A program made the position numbers and the translations under genes. Of a stretch of 64,000 nt of DNA, positions 1 to 13,129 are shown piece after piece; positions within the stretch are counted from its first letter, which is position 1; every line of letters begins with the position of its first letter. This DNA is from Eledone cirrhosa (lineage: Eukaryota): positions 36,456,001 to 36,520,000 of the forward strand of contig OZ024757.1 in assembly GCA_964016885.1 (NCBI GenBank), given 5' to 3'. Below the pieces are notes generated by a model. The model did not search any database. It was not told where the DNA came from and worked only from the letters and a program-made list of their open reading frames with translations.

Positions 1-97
1 CAAGGCACTTTATTTCACGTTGCTGCAGTTTACTCAGCTGTAGAAATGAGTTGTGATGTCATTGGTGCCGAGTTGTATCATTATATATAATATATAG

Positions 98-1963
98 GGC
101 AACCGGTCCATCGGGTATAGCTGCCGAGATGTCTGTAGGTCACACTATAACCACACGTATTGTTAACCAGGTAATACTAGGTGTCATACCAAAAGATTGG
201 TGCAGTAGCAACATTGCCAACTGCTACAAAGGTAAAGGTGATGCACTAGATAGAGGAAACTATAGAGGTATAAAGCTGATGGACCAGGTCATGAAAGTAA
301 CAGAAAGAGTTATAGCACAGTTGATTAGGGACTGGGTGAAACTAGATGAGATGCAATTTGGGTCTGTACCAGGAAGAGGCACCACTGATGCCCTCTTCCT
401 TGTGAGGCAGTTACAGGAAAAGTACTTAGCTAAAAGTAAGCCAATCTACCTGGCATTCGTCGATCTCGAGAAAGCCTTTGACAGAGTTCCACATGCTGTA
501 ATCTGGTGGGCTCTTAGAAAACTAGGAGTAGATGAATGGCTTGTGAAAGCTGTACATAGGGGAGCAGTCAGCAAAGTTAGGATTAGCAATGAGTATAGCG
601 AGGAATTTAGCGTACAGGTTGGTGTCCACCAGGGCTCTGTTCTTAACCCTCTCCTGTTCATCATAGTCCTGCAGGCAATAACGGAGGAGTTTAAGACCGG
701 ATGCCCATGGGAACTCCTGTATGCTGATGACCTCGCACTTATAGCTGAATCTATGGTATAACTAGAGAAGAAATTCCAAACTTGGAAGCAGGGACTAGAA
801 AGAAAGGGTCTCAAAGTCAACATGACAAAGACTAAGGTCCTTGTAAGTAGACGAGAAAACAGAACCCAGATCCCCTCAGGGAAATGGCCTTGCTCAGTAT
901 GTAGGAAAGGTGTAGGTAGGAACTCCATTCTCTGCCCCAAATGCAAACAATGGATACACAAGAGATGTAGCGGGATCTCAGGAAGCATAATTAAGAATGT
1001 AGGCTTCACATGCAGCAGCTGTGCTGGGACAGCAAACAGCCACAGGAAACAAGTACCACTAATCTCTGGGAGGGCTCTGTAGAAACAGTAGACAGCTTAT
1101 GCTACCTAGGTGACCAAATTAGCAGCGGAGGTGGGTGTTCAGAAAGTACAATAACTAGGGTAAGAACGGGATGGAAGAAGTTCAGGGAACCACTGCCACT
1201 GCTAGCTGCAAAAGGCTTCTCCCTCAAAATGAAAGGCAGACTGTATGATGCGTGTATCCGAACAGCAATGTTGCATGGTAGTGAGACCTGGGCGCTGAAG
1301 ACTTGCGTAGATTAGAAAGAAATGAAGCCTGCATGCTCTGATGGATGTGTAATAGTAATATACGCGAATGACAAAGCATAAATGAATTGAGAGAGAGACT
1401 GAGCATAAGAGGAATCAAATGATGTGTGCAGGAGAGGCGGTTGCGTTGGTATGGACATGTGATGCGTATGAAGGATGACAGCTGCATAAAAAGGTGCAGA
1501 GCACTAGAAGTCAATGGAAACCGCAGAGTGGGGAGACCCAAGAAGACCTGGGATGAGGTGATAAAAGCCGACCTTACCCAATTACACCTCTCAAAGGCAA
1601 TGACACACGACCGTGACCTCTGGCGTCACGCAGTAATACAGAGTACCCGACCTCCCATGGGTACAAGCTGAAGCATATAGACAATATGCCCCCACACCCT
1701 CCCACTGCAAGGTGGTCGTGGAGGTTCCACGGCAAAAAAGCACCCAGCCCACACTGTAAAGTGGACGTGTAGGCGCCACGGAAAAAGCACCCGGCACTCA
1801 CTGTAAATGAGGTTGGCGTTAGGAAGGGCATCCAGCTGTAGAAATCAAGCCAAAATCAGTTCCTGTACGAGCAAGGCATGGTCAGCCGAACAGACACTGC
1901 CCACAACAGGACCTGTCTAACCCATGCTAGCGTGGAAGAACGGACGTAAAACTGTGATGATGA
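98..1963 (+). mobile_element. RTE-clade LINE, 5'-truncated and decayed (RT domain, Cys/His finger, 3' UTR, (TGA)n tail)
   Basis: ORFs 129-761, 822-1082, 1010-1315 and 1426-1671 are consecutive pieces of one RT protein (FVDLEKAFDRVP, QGSVL, YADD) broken by stops and frameshifts; closely similar to the intact copy at 61955-64000; ends in tgatgatgat. Confidence 0.95.
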
Positions 1964-2064
1964 TAAGTGTATATATATATATAGTGTATGTAATATCACT
2001 GGTACCAAGCTGTATCAGCCATTCTTGGACCAGGTGACTTTTTTTAGACACTTCATCTACATTA

Positions 2065-2257
2065 ATGAAAGGCAGACTGTATGATGCGTGTATCCGAACA
2101 GCAATGTTGCATGGTAGTGAGACCTGGGCACTGAAGACTTGTGTAGATTAGAAAGAAATGAAGCCTGCATGCTCTGATGGATGTGTAATAGTAATATACG
2201 CGAATGACAAAGCATAAATGAATTGAGAGAGAGACTGAGCATAAGAGGAATCAAATA
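2065..2257 (+). mobile_element. Duplicated internal fragment of the adjacent RTE copy
   Basis: Near-identical to 1229-1419 and carries the same stop-codon and deletion lesions. Confidence 0.9.
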
Positions 2258-3416
2258 CATTAGTGCCACACAAAAGGCTTATAGCAAAACTCTCTGCAAT
2301 GGGTGTGAAGGATGATCTTTTTAACTGGTTGAAGTCCTTCATTCTCAGTCGAAGAGAGGTAGTAACGGTTCTGGGACAGCATTCCTCACCATATGAGATG
2401 TCATCTGGTGTACCACAGGGATCTGTTCTTGGCCCCCTTTTGTTTGTGGCATATATTAATGACATAGATGCCAACTTAAGGAATGCCACAGTACTAAAGT
2501 ACGCAGACGACATCAAGCTGTACCTTGAGATAAAAAGGACAGATCCTGAACACTATAGATCTTGCTTGCAGTCTGACCTGGACACAATGCAACAGTGGAT
2601 CTCAGACTGGCAATTCAAGCTAGCTGTGGACAAGTGCACCACCATGCATTTTGGGAGTAAAAACCCAGCGTCCACATACTCCCTCCACAAAACTAATATC
2701 AAGAAGTCTTCCGGTGAACGTGACCTGGGCATTACGGTCAGCAGCAATTTGCGTTGGACGAGGCACGTCTCTAAAATTGTCAAGAGGGCCGAGGGTGTCT
2801 TAGCATCACTCAGCAAGACCTTTGTCAGCTGCTCTCCAGATATCTATTTAAGGCTGTATACAGCTATGGTGCGACCACACTTAGAATTTGCATCACCAGT
2901 CTGGAACCCCTATCTTGCTCAGGACATTGACCGCCTGGAAACTGTTCAGAGACGTGCAACCAAGCGAATACCCTCCATCAGGCATCTACCATACTCTGAG
3001 CGCCTTGCTTCCCTGGGCATGGATTCATTGAAGCTCCGACGCCTGGCAACTGACTTGGTAAACACCCACAAAATTGTTAACCATGTTGTCAACAACAACC
3101 CTGAGTACCTTTTCCATTTCCATGTGTCTAACACACGTGGACATGCCCACAAAGTAAGAAAACAGCACAGTTCCCATGACTTTCGGAAACATTTTTTCAC
3201 GCTCAGAGTTGCTGAAGCATGGAACAAACTACCTGCATCAGTTGTTAGCTCTCGAGACACTGCATCCTTTCAGGCCTCCATGCTTCCCGAGATCCGCCAA
3301 CACTACAGCTAACATATACACACATGTACTTCCCTGACATTTGTGTATTATTCTATGTACTATATTGACGAGTTGTAGTGCACCTGAGCACTTTACACAA
3401 TAATTTCATTATTATT
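2258..3416 (+). mobile_element. CR1/L2-group LINE, 5'-truncated, RT C-terminal ORF 2263-3312, (ATT)n tail
   Basis: Motifs SGVPQGSVLGPLLF, YADD, ERDLGI, VRPHLEFASPVWNP, LETVQRRATK and WNKLP; 3' end ttcattattattaa. A short reverse copy of the 3' end lies at about 22243-22295. Confidence 0.93.
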
Positions 3417-4469
3417 AAGAAAAACTAATTTACATTCTTAGTTTTTCTTTTTAGACAGTTCATCTACATTCTTAGTTTCTTTTCTTAGACACTTCACTTA
3501 CATTCTTGGTTTCTTTTCTTAAGAATGTAGATGAAGTGACGAAAAAAAACTAAGAATGTAGATTTTCTTTTTAGACACTTCATTTACAGTCTTGGTTTAA
3601 TTCAAAGGGAGATAATTCTTTTTTAAATATATTATAACGGAGATTTTAGAATGTAGATGTTTTCCATGATTTATAAGGCTAATACTATTTAAACATTTCT
3701 TTAATAACAGATACTTCATCACTCTTGAGGAAACTTCGCCATCCCGACTTGTAAATCTCACTGGTTACGGCACAACACAGCTTATGACCGAGAAGGCTGG
3801 ACACCTGTAATGAAATAAGAAAAACTATGGAAGTCATTTACATGCCTTGTCAATAAAAAATGTTAAAACTTTATAAAATTATTCCAATTTTGTCTTTTGC
3901 AATATGTATGCATTTAAATACAGAAGAGAGGAGCCTACGTTTGCCATGCAGTCCCATCAAGTGTTTTAAGAGAAACTAAGAGTGTAGATGAAGTGTCTAG
4001 GAATGTAGTTGAAATGTCTCTCTATTATTATATACATACACCTATGTAACTAGATAAATATGATATCACACTAAGTTTGCACAAGTGTATGTATATCTGG
4101 AAAGATGTGTTTGTGTGTGTATATATAGAAAGATGTATATTTGTGTGCCTGTATGTATATATAAATACATATATATATATATCAGCAATCATGATGACAT
4201 GTTCCTGTTTCTCACAGAAATTCAGAGTGGTTTTAGAGCATTGTTTTAAAGAGCTACGTATTCAACAGTTCTTGTGTTCTTCAATATAAGCGTTTTTTGG
4301 GAGCTGAGGTTCGGTATCTTATTTTCCATGGGGCAGAGATCCAACAACTACATATCCTTCAGTTGTGACATTAAATCTTCTATACTAACCCCTGATGTTT
4401 CCTCTTTATCCACGGTCTGAAATAAAAACAAATAGATTGGTGTAAAAGCCAAACTTGTTATCTTCCATT

Positions 4470-4880
4470 TGGTATCTGTGCCAACACATACCTATAGCCA
4501 TGAATTTTGAATAATGACCCAAAAAATATAATGGAGAATACAAGCAGCTGAAATGGGGTTCCTCCGAAAAGTCTCTGGCGTAATACTACTCAATAGAGTG
4601 CGTAGTTCGGAGATCAGAGTCTCTCCACGTAGAGCTGCTACTTCTCCGAATTGAGAGATCATAGCTCCTATACTATGGGCATGTGGTTAGAATGTCTCAG
4701 AAAAGAATCGCTGGACAGATTTTATGGGCAAAACCAACCAGGAGTAAACCCTGAGCAACATGGCTTGATAACATCCATGGGCTCGGCTGGTCTCACTTGG
4801 GGATCCAGCCAGATCAATAGGAGATGGTAGCTTCTGACAAGAACTGCTGATAGGAGTGCTTGACCCTCTCAGGAATAAGT
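4470..4880 (+). mobile_element. Decayed RTE (BovB-like) LINE 3' fragment
   Basis: Translates with stops as IQAAEMGFLRKVSG...YYGHVVRMSQKRIA; a related piece lies at about 17070-17243. Confidence 0.75.
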
Positions 4881-5522
4881 AGGCAAAGAAGAAAGAAACT
4901 TTATAACGACTACAGCATTGCTAGAAGACACCAAGAGAGAAACACACAAAGAAAGATTTTAGTTTATTACTTCATAGAGTTATGTAAAGTGGCTGATCAT
5001 CTGGTACATTTTGTAAAGTGGTTAGTGTTGGGAAGAACATCCAGCTGCAGAAAACCTACTAGACAAAAGGTTGGGAAAACTCTTTATCGGTGTCACAAAC
5101 ATGACAACCTCTGTAGTGTTGATCTACAAGATAGAAGACCACTCATTAGACTGTGTAAAGTGGATGGTGTTGGGAATGGCATCCAGGGTTGGACAGAGCT
5201 TCACAGACCAAATTAGTACTGAATTGGGTATACTGACATCCCAGACATACTGAGAGTTAACATATTACTTACTTACAGTCCCATGCTTGCTGAGTGCATT
5301 TTATCATGGCACCGGCACGAGGGAGGTCATCACATTTTAAAAAAACTGAAGGGGCCTCCCAACCCTTTGTTTGGCAAGCTTTCTATGGCTGGATGCCCTT
5401 CCTACAACCAACCACTGTACAGAATCTATTTGGATGATCATTTATCTTGTAGATAGATCACCAAAAAGGGTCTTTTCAAACCACAAAAGAACTGTCAATG
5501 TCAAATTCAACAACATTCAACT

Positions 5523-5610
5523 TCATTCAGGTGAAATTTCTAAAGTTCCATCATCACTTTGATTTCTGGACACTTTTTCTCCTTTTTCAGCTAAAATCTT
5601 TTCAACATTT
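5523..5610 (-). CDS. DNLZ: DNL-type zinc finger protein (Hep1/Zim17), exon 2 (terminal)
   Basis: Acceptor ttcttttcag at 5611; phase-2 junction gives (T)NVEKILAEKGEKVSRNQSDDGTLEISPE*, matching the conserved NIEEILAxKGEKV segment of zf-DNL proteins. Confidence 0.9.
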
Positions 5611-7097
5611 CTGAAAAGAAAAATAATAATAATCATTTCTACTATAGTCACAAGGCCAGCAATTTTGGGGGAGGGAAAGTCAATTAACTCTTTAGCATTC
5701 AAACCGGCTGTATCCAGCCAGAATTCTCTTACCTCTTTCTGTTCAAACTGGCTGTAACTAGCCGCTCATACTGATGTTAACTATATATACAATAGTATAT
5801 ATAGAGTAATCTAAATGCTAAAGTAGTTCTCAGAGAGATTCAGTATGACACTGTTTGGTGACACAATGTATGACAAGGCTGGTCCTTTGAATTATAGGTA
5901 CAACTCACTTTAGCCACCTTGGTAAACTAGAGCAATGTGTAATCAAGTGTCTTGCTCAAGGACACAATGTACTTCCCGGTCTGGGAAACTAACTCATGAC
6001 CTTACAATAGTGACCCTCAACAATCTAACCATTTGGCTGCCCAATTTCACCGAGACAATACTGGGATACATAAAATAAGTATTAGTATAACTCAACCTAC
6101 TAGAAATAGCAGCTAAATCATCCTCTTTAGTATGAACATAACAAAAGAGATAGTCATGGTTGAGATGGCACTCGATCAAAGCTGACCTAGGGTTAAACAA
6201 CAACCCCGATATTAGGGTATGACTATAGGTTCTTGTATCGACCTGTTAACAATAGCAGCCAAATGCCCATCGGATTCTTGTAACTGTAGCTATCATTAGA
6301 AGGGGACTTTATGTGGTTGTTTGATTTATTAGAAATAACAGCCAATTATCCTTCTGGTTCTTGTACCAATAGCTACCACTAGAGGGAACTTCTACCTGGA
6401 GTAAGTCTGATCAGCCTCTTATAAACAGGATCTGATCAGCACTGATTGGGTCACCTAAGGAAGTGTGCATGATGTCAAAAACACAAAGCACCCAGGGACT
6501 CTAGATCACATCACTGATGATGATTCGTAGCTGGTCGATAAGGATGTAGCTTGCACAAACTATTTATTTCATAATGTATATATATATATATACATATATC
6601 TGTGTATATATATACACCAGAGTACTCGATACTTAGGGTAGTAGAGTGGGTAATAAGAGAAGAGTCAGGACCCAGTCTGAAGTAGTTCGGATATAGCTAT
6701 CGAAACGGCAGGAGCTCGGCCGTCGGGTTCCCGACTCTTCTCCTATATATATATAGTTCAAAGAAACGACAAAACAGAGGTACAAAAAGTCTTATTAGTT
6801 TCACGCTCTATATGGAATGCGGGAAAGAAAGTTCGATGTGTTGGGCTTTAGCCCTTCTTCAGGAATACAGAAAATAGAGACAGGATCACAAAGGATAGAC
6901 TATATAAATAGTCTATCCTTTGTGGTCTATATGTATTATGTATTATATATATATATATATTATACATGTAGATAGATAGATTGATATTTAGATATAACTA
7001 TATGATATACTTCGGTTGCTTAGCGCATAAATTAATATACAAGGTATTTTAGGTGAAGTAAAAACAAATAAACAAAAACAAAAAACATTACACTTAC

Positions 7098-7399
7098 GTT
7101 TTTTCGGTTTCAGTAAAGTAGTTGAGGTTATCAGCTATAAGGTGTAAGTTTTGACATCCAGGGCAGCGTACCAACACTACACCTCGGTTATAGGAAACTT
7201 TGGAGAAAATCTTAGAAGAACGGGTACCGCACACGCGGCACGTGTAAATAATTTGCATTTTAGGGGACAGAGAAGCCAGTTTAGATTTGGGATCGTCTTG
7301 TCGGAAGGTAATGCCAGTATAGAAGTTCTGGACATGCTTGTATGGTAAACGTGGCCGGGCAACTGACCAAACACGGTGGGATGTTCTTGAAATGTCCAT
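7098..7399 (-). CDS. DNLZ: DNL-type zinc finger protein (Hep1/Zim17, mitochondrial Hsp70 escort), exon 1
   Basis: MQIIYTCRVCGTRSSKIFSKVSYNRGVVLVRCPGCQNLHLIADNL is the zf-DNL signature; GTAAGT donor at 7097; joined CDS about 129 aa. The start codon is uncertain (see findings). Confidence 0.92.
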
Positions 7400-7845
7400 G
7401 ATTTAACAGTAACGACCGAGAGAGACATGCTGAACGGAGATAGAATGCCATTGAGAGTTCACCAGCGTTGTTTCAACATAAAGAAACAATTAAGTTAATA
7501 TTTACTTGGTCAGAAGTATCAAAATATTTAACTGTATATAGTTAATTTACAAAAATAACTGCTTGTTCTTATGCCATCCTGTTCGTAATCACCAACGACG
7601 TCCATTGAGTAAATAGTTGATATAAAAGTCGAAACGAAAAACGAACTGATGTTTAGCGTGACCTCCCTTGAATTTCTGTAGTGAAATTCTTCATTCTATA
7701 TCGTTTTGACTCGATTAACGTTAATCTAAAATATTATAAAGCTGAGTAATAAAGAAATCAATATTATAAAGCTGAGTCTCGTGTGTATTATGTATGTATG
7801 TATCCTACACACCTCCTATAGTTTGTTAACTTTACTCTCTCCGTC

Positions 7846-8045
7846 NNNNNNNNNNNNNNNNNNNNNNNNNNNNNNNNNNNNNNNNNNNNNNNNNNNNNNN
7901 NNNNNNNNNNNNNNNNNNNNNNNNNNNNNNNNNNNNNNNNNNNNNNNNNNNNNNNNNNNNNNNNNNNNNNNNNNNNNNNNNNNNNNNNNNNNNNNNNNNN
8001 NNNNNNNNNNNNNNNNNNNNNNNNNNNNNNNNNNNNNNNNNNNNN
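7846..8045. other. Assembly gap (200 N)
   Basis: Run of N. Confidence 1.
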
Positions 8046-8069
8046 ATGTAGCTATATATCTATCTACCC

Positions 8070-8145
<76 letters not shown>

Positions 8146-9139
8146 CTTTATTTACCATAAAGGCATAAAAAGAAGGGACAAATACAAAGGGGGAGTTTAC
8201 ATAGAATCGAGTAAAAAGGGTATAAAATGAAAATAATCGAAAATAACCTCAAAAGGGAGGGGACGTGATGGGGGTTGCACACACCCCCGAAATATATATA
8301 TATATATATAGTTAAGAGAGTAAAACAAAGAATCCTTTAATACATCAAAAGTTTTTATTAGTCGACAATGTTTCGTCCTATTAAGGACTCATCAGGGCAA
8401 TCAAAACAACAAGAGGTAATATCGGCAGATACAAGCCAGAAACTCTGAAGAATATGGAGTGTACATACACTAATGTCTTGCAAAGATATACGATAATAAA
8501 AATGAAAATAAAGATAAAAATAATAAAATTATAATAACTAAGGATGTAGATAACATTAAGAACCATATTACAAATATAGTCCAAAGCCACCAACCTAAAT
8601 CTAAACAAAATTGGTTATATAGAGCAGGAATTATATATAACACAATATAATACATTATAATAATAATATATTTATACCAACATTAAAATTCCAAATTAAT
8701 TTTTTGGCTCTGTTTAACTGCATTGACCTTTTACTGTCATTTCTATAATACGAAGAGGGTGTTTGACTCAAACACGCTCCAGTATTAGATAGATATATAT
8801 ATATAGATAGATATATATATATATTTAAATAAATATTAACATATGTAGCTATATATCTATCTACCCATATATATATATATATATATATTTAGGAGGTGAG
8901 TTTTATTGTAGTACAATAAAGCAATGCAGATATCGGATAAGAAGCACTCTACAGTTTGTAGGACTGGAGTATACATAATATATAAGAACAAAAGATGGTT
9001 AAAAGAGTTCCATGTATTTTATTATGCGCATTTCAAAAACAAATATCATCATGCAATAATATTTGTCTTTTCATCAGATAAAACAGGAAGATATGATATG
9101 AAGGTTAAAAAACACTTGTGGATAGTGCAGTTTTAAATC

Positions 9140-9204
<65 letters not shown>

Positions 9205-9373
9205 TATATATAGTTATATATATATATATATATATATATATTTAAATAAATATTAACATATGTAGCTATATATATATCTACCTATATATATATAGATATA
9301 TATTAACAAGTGAAAATATATATATACCAACAAAGAGAGAGATGGAGAGAGAGACAGAGGGAGAAGGATAAAG

Positions 9374-9454
<81 letters not shown>

Positions 9455-9635
9455 TTGGTATCTTCTAAGAGTATTTAACAATAATTACTGAATACAACCC
9501 TACATCAAAGGTATCGTAAAGACCTCTGAGTGATGTTCAATAAATTTACCAAATGCTACACACATACTCATATGATGGCTGCCCCCTCGTTATCGAGTAT
9601 GGCCATTGCACGAGGGAAAAAAAAAAAAAAAAAAG

Positions 9636-9684
<49 letters not shown>

Positions 9685-9800
9685 TACATTAATAACAATA
9701 ATAATAATAATAATAACAACAATAATAATAACGACAACAACAATAATGATATACATTTACACGCACACACATAAGCATATCTATACACACACACACACAC

Positions 9801-10117
9801 GATAGCAACTCACAGCGCTGCGATCGAATGTGGCTTTTTAGCCCAGCCAATGATCTAAAATGTCTTGCACAGAGTCGGCAACCAAAACATTCACTGGGAA
9901 TAGTCGGCTGTGGTTGGAGTTCATGTACTTTTGCATGTCGCTTGAGCCCTCCTGCTGATTTACATTTTCTACCACATGGTTGGCAAGCTTGATGAGTAGC
10001 ATCTCCAACAGCAGCCTGGTAGTCAACCACTGGTCTTACTTTATGACTGCGAAGATGACTTTCGAGTCCAGCTTTGCTTAGGCAGAGTCTCGCACAGACG
10101 CTGCATGTCAGCACCAT
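9801..10117 (-). mobile_element. Fragment with three C2H2-like zinc fingers, probably the C-terminus of an RTE-type LINE ORF
   Basis: CSVC..SKAGLESHLRSH, CQPC..SAGGLKRHAKVH and CRLC..SLAGLKSHIRS; resembles the CxxCxRxFxSxxGLxSH finger that ends RTE/BovB ORFs; bounded by microsatellites, no splice context. Confidence 0.6.
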
Positions 10118-10118
10118 A

Positions 10119-10157
<39 letters not shown>

Positions 10158-10321
10158 ATAAATGAAACAAACAAAACACAGGTAATTTTACACAGTTATA
10201 TTAGTTTCATGCTCGGTGGAAGTGGAGGAGGTTTCAATGTTTCGGACAGAAGTCCTTCTTCAGGAAAGTTCAAATAAGGAGAATAGATATATGTAAGAGT
10301 AGTGTGAGAAGGTTAGGGGAA

Positions 10322-10678
10322 AGAATTATGAAAAAAAATTGTATGTATACGAGAATGCTGAGGATGGCTCTGAACATTAATCAGTATACACCGAGGATGA
10401 AGAACTCAGAGCTGTACGGGAGCCTCCCAAAAGTCAGCTCGAGACTGAGGTTAGCTGGACATGCTCACCGACATCCAGAGTTGACACTGCACTCAGTGTT
10501 CCTGTGGGATCCCCTGCATGGACACACTGGAAGAGGAAGACCAAGGTTAACATATGTTGATGCCCTAAGGACAGACACTGGTCTCTTGGAGACGCAGGAC
10601 ATGGCAGCGATAATGAGGGACAGAGACCGCTGGAGAGAATTGTTCATGAATGTTGGGGAATTGTACCCGCCCTAGAGA
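10322..10678 (+). mobile_element. RTE/RTE-X-like LINE 3' fragment
   Basis: YTRMLRMALNI...ELYGSLPKVS...[13 protein letters not shown]...[11 protein letters not shown]; further copies at 52021-52125 and 53495-53776. Confidence 0.85.
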
Positions 10679-11393
10679 TAGTAGGTAGGAAAAGATTCTT
10701 AAAGTTTCGGACACTAGTCCTTCACCAGAAGGAAGAATCTACCCAGTACTAGACTGGTACTTTTTTTTATCGATCTCAAATTGATGAAAGGCATTCTAAC
10801 CACCCTGCCAATTTTCCTCCCGAAGGATGGCAACCGACAGAAAAAGGAAGAAGTCGGTGAAATCCCTTCTTCTTCTTCTTCGCTCACTTATTCCTGAGAG
10901 GGTCGGAGGTCCTCGAACAATCCTTCCAGCGGCTCCTGTCAGAAGCAACCGAACTCCAAGTTCATGGATGTTAGGTGAAATCGCGTTATTTTGCTATCTT
11001 TAAGTTTATTAACGTAGGAGCAGCGATGTCGATGGAACGGAAAATAAGAAAATAAAGAGAAGCAGCTCATAGGCCCAAATACCAGTCAACCCTCCCCTCT
11101 CTCTTGCGACACCAGGGCTCTTGCCAACCCTTCTTTTTCTTGTTTCTTTCTCTTTTTTCTTCTTCTATATTTCCCTATTCTTTCTTTCCTTTTATCACCC
11201 CCCCCCTTTTTATCTTACTAAATTTTATTTTAGAAATAAAATCTAAATATGGCGTGTATTGAAAAGCTACTGAAAGTGATAGTAAGAGACATATTGGAAA
11301 TGACAGAAGAAAAAACAAAATGACTCATGTTTGTTATTTGGTCGCTTTTTTAGAAATGTAGTTTTCGTTCTTTTTAATGAAGGTAAAACACAA

Positions 11394-11745
11394 CTTGCGG
11401 TCGTGCCCTTGGCAGTGGAGACTTCTGGTGTCCTTGGCCCTAGGGCTACCTCCCTACTCACCACCATAGGCGCTGAGCTGGCCAGTCGCAATTGTGAGCC
11501 TCGCGAGGTGGAATGGCTCTTCTAGCGCATCTCCCTTACCATCCTCCGGGGAAACGCCTTTTCCATTCTGTCTGCCGGGGCTGTAGGGAGGCCAGCACGT
11601 GGGACCCCATTTGCTCACCCCATACAGAGAGATGGGGAGGGCTAAAGAGATGGAGGCGATGACAGTAGGAGTTCAGCTCTTCCACGTTCGGACCATATCC
11701 TTGTAGTTGTTGTATACAGATATTAACTCATCAATCCCATTGTCC
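11394..11745 (+). mobile_element. CRE/SLACS-like non-LTR retrotransposon C-terminal fragment (restriction-like endonuclease region)
   Basis: VPLAVETSGVLGPRA...LF*RISLTILRGNAFSIL resembles the PFAVETxGxWG...QRISxAIQRGNA C-terminus of CRE-clade ORFs; one internal stop. Confidence 0.65.
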
Positions 11746-12294
11746 TTGAGGTTTGTGTTCATTATCTACAGAGTCCATGGATCAAACATACAATGTTTTT
11801 CAACAACTTCTCAGTTCTAATCGTACATTTGTCCGTTAATAGTTATTTCTCCAAAGTTACTTTACCCTGTTTCAATGAAATAGAGGAAGGGGAGGAAATG
11901 ACAGACGACATTGATGTGGGAGAGAGAGGGGGTATAACCGACGACAATAATGTGAGAAAGAGAGAGGGGTGGGGAGAATGACAGATGACGATGTGTGAGA
12001 GAGAGAGGAGGGGATGACTGATGACAATGATGTTGGAGTGACGTATGTGTGTGAGAGAGAGAGAGTGTGTGTAACGTGTAAGGCAGAGAGAATGAGATGG
12101 TAAGGTGAGTGAAAGAGAAAGACAGATGTGTGAGAGGTAGACTGACTGACGTGTAACTAAAGAGAGAAGCTTGTGTGTGTGTAAGTGAGAGAAAGAAAGA
12201 CAGATTTGTTTGCATGTAAAAGAGAGAGAGAGAAAGACAGAGACTTGTGTGTGTAAGCGAGAGAGAAAGAAAGACACAAACTTGTTTGTGTGTA

Positions 12295-12329
<35 letters not shown>

Positions 12330-12565
12330 CTTGTATGTGTAAGCGAGAGAAACAGAAATACAGAGACTTGTATGTGTAAGCGAGAGAAACAGAAATACAG
12401 AGACTTGTGTGTGTAAGAGTGAGAGAGAGAAATAAAGAGGCTTGTGTGTGTAAGAGAGAGAAAGACAGACGTGTTTGTGTGAGAGAGATAAAGAGACAGA
12501 CAGACAGAGAGAGAGAGTGGTGAAAGCAAAAATAAAACAAAACAAAAACTCAAATCTCGTGTGTC

Positions 12566-12579
12566 CACGTGACTATAAA
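12566..12579 (+). promoter_or_regulatory. Candidate PCNP core promoter: E-box (CACGTG) next to TATAAA
   Basis: ccacgtgactataaat lies about 35 bp upstream of the ATG at 12612. Confidence 0.4.
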
Positions 12580-12611
12580 TGAGATTTGCTGTATTGGCGA
12601 CTAGTAGCATC

Positions 12612-12642
12612 ATGTCTGATAACGAAGCTATAGATGGCGGTG
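12612..12642 (+). CDS. PCNP: PCNP candidate exon 1 (MSDNEAIDGG-G)
   Basis: ATG follows the TATA-like element; G|GTTCGT donor gives phase 1, matching the phase-1 acceptor at 19362. There is no homology support, so this exon is tentative. Confidence 0.5.
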
Positions 12643-13129
12643 GTTCGTAAACGATTTTCCAATTCTTTTTCGACATTATTATTATATATATATATATATA
12701 TAAAAATACACTTTATTATTGTATATATATATATATATATATTTACTTATATATATATATATATATATCGATCTTATTGCATTAAATCACATAGTAGGAA
12801 AATGATAGGTGGGGTAGTTTAACATGTCTGCTAACACGTTCTCACCTCTGCGTCTGATTATATTTACTCTTTTCTCGCCAAAGTCTATATTTTCCTTGGT
12901 GCAATACTTGCTTATATTATATATATACATATATATATTCGTGTATATATATATATACATATATATATTCGTATATATATAGGTTTTGATATAGAAATGG
13001 CTTCTACAGGACTAGGACAGTTTCATTCAAAGGAGATCATCAGGAAAGCCATATATACTCTACTATGTATTAAGTAACTTAATGTGGTTACTCCCGATTG
13101 AACCCGCGACTCACATATGTATATATATG

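Noticed and set aside
446-1009. Antisense ORFs over RT regions (also 62390-63499 and 2553-3260)
   Set aside because: Shadow ORFs on the opposite strand of LINE coding sequence.
9689-10174. Host C2H2 zinc-finger transcription factor
   Set aside because: No TGEKP linkers or splice context; the fingers resemble retrotransposon C-terminal fingers and are bounded by microsatellites.
11843-12676. 277-aa and 227-aa ORFs
   Set aside because: Low-complexity GA/GT repeats giving SLSL/THT strings.
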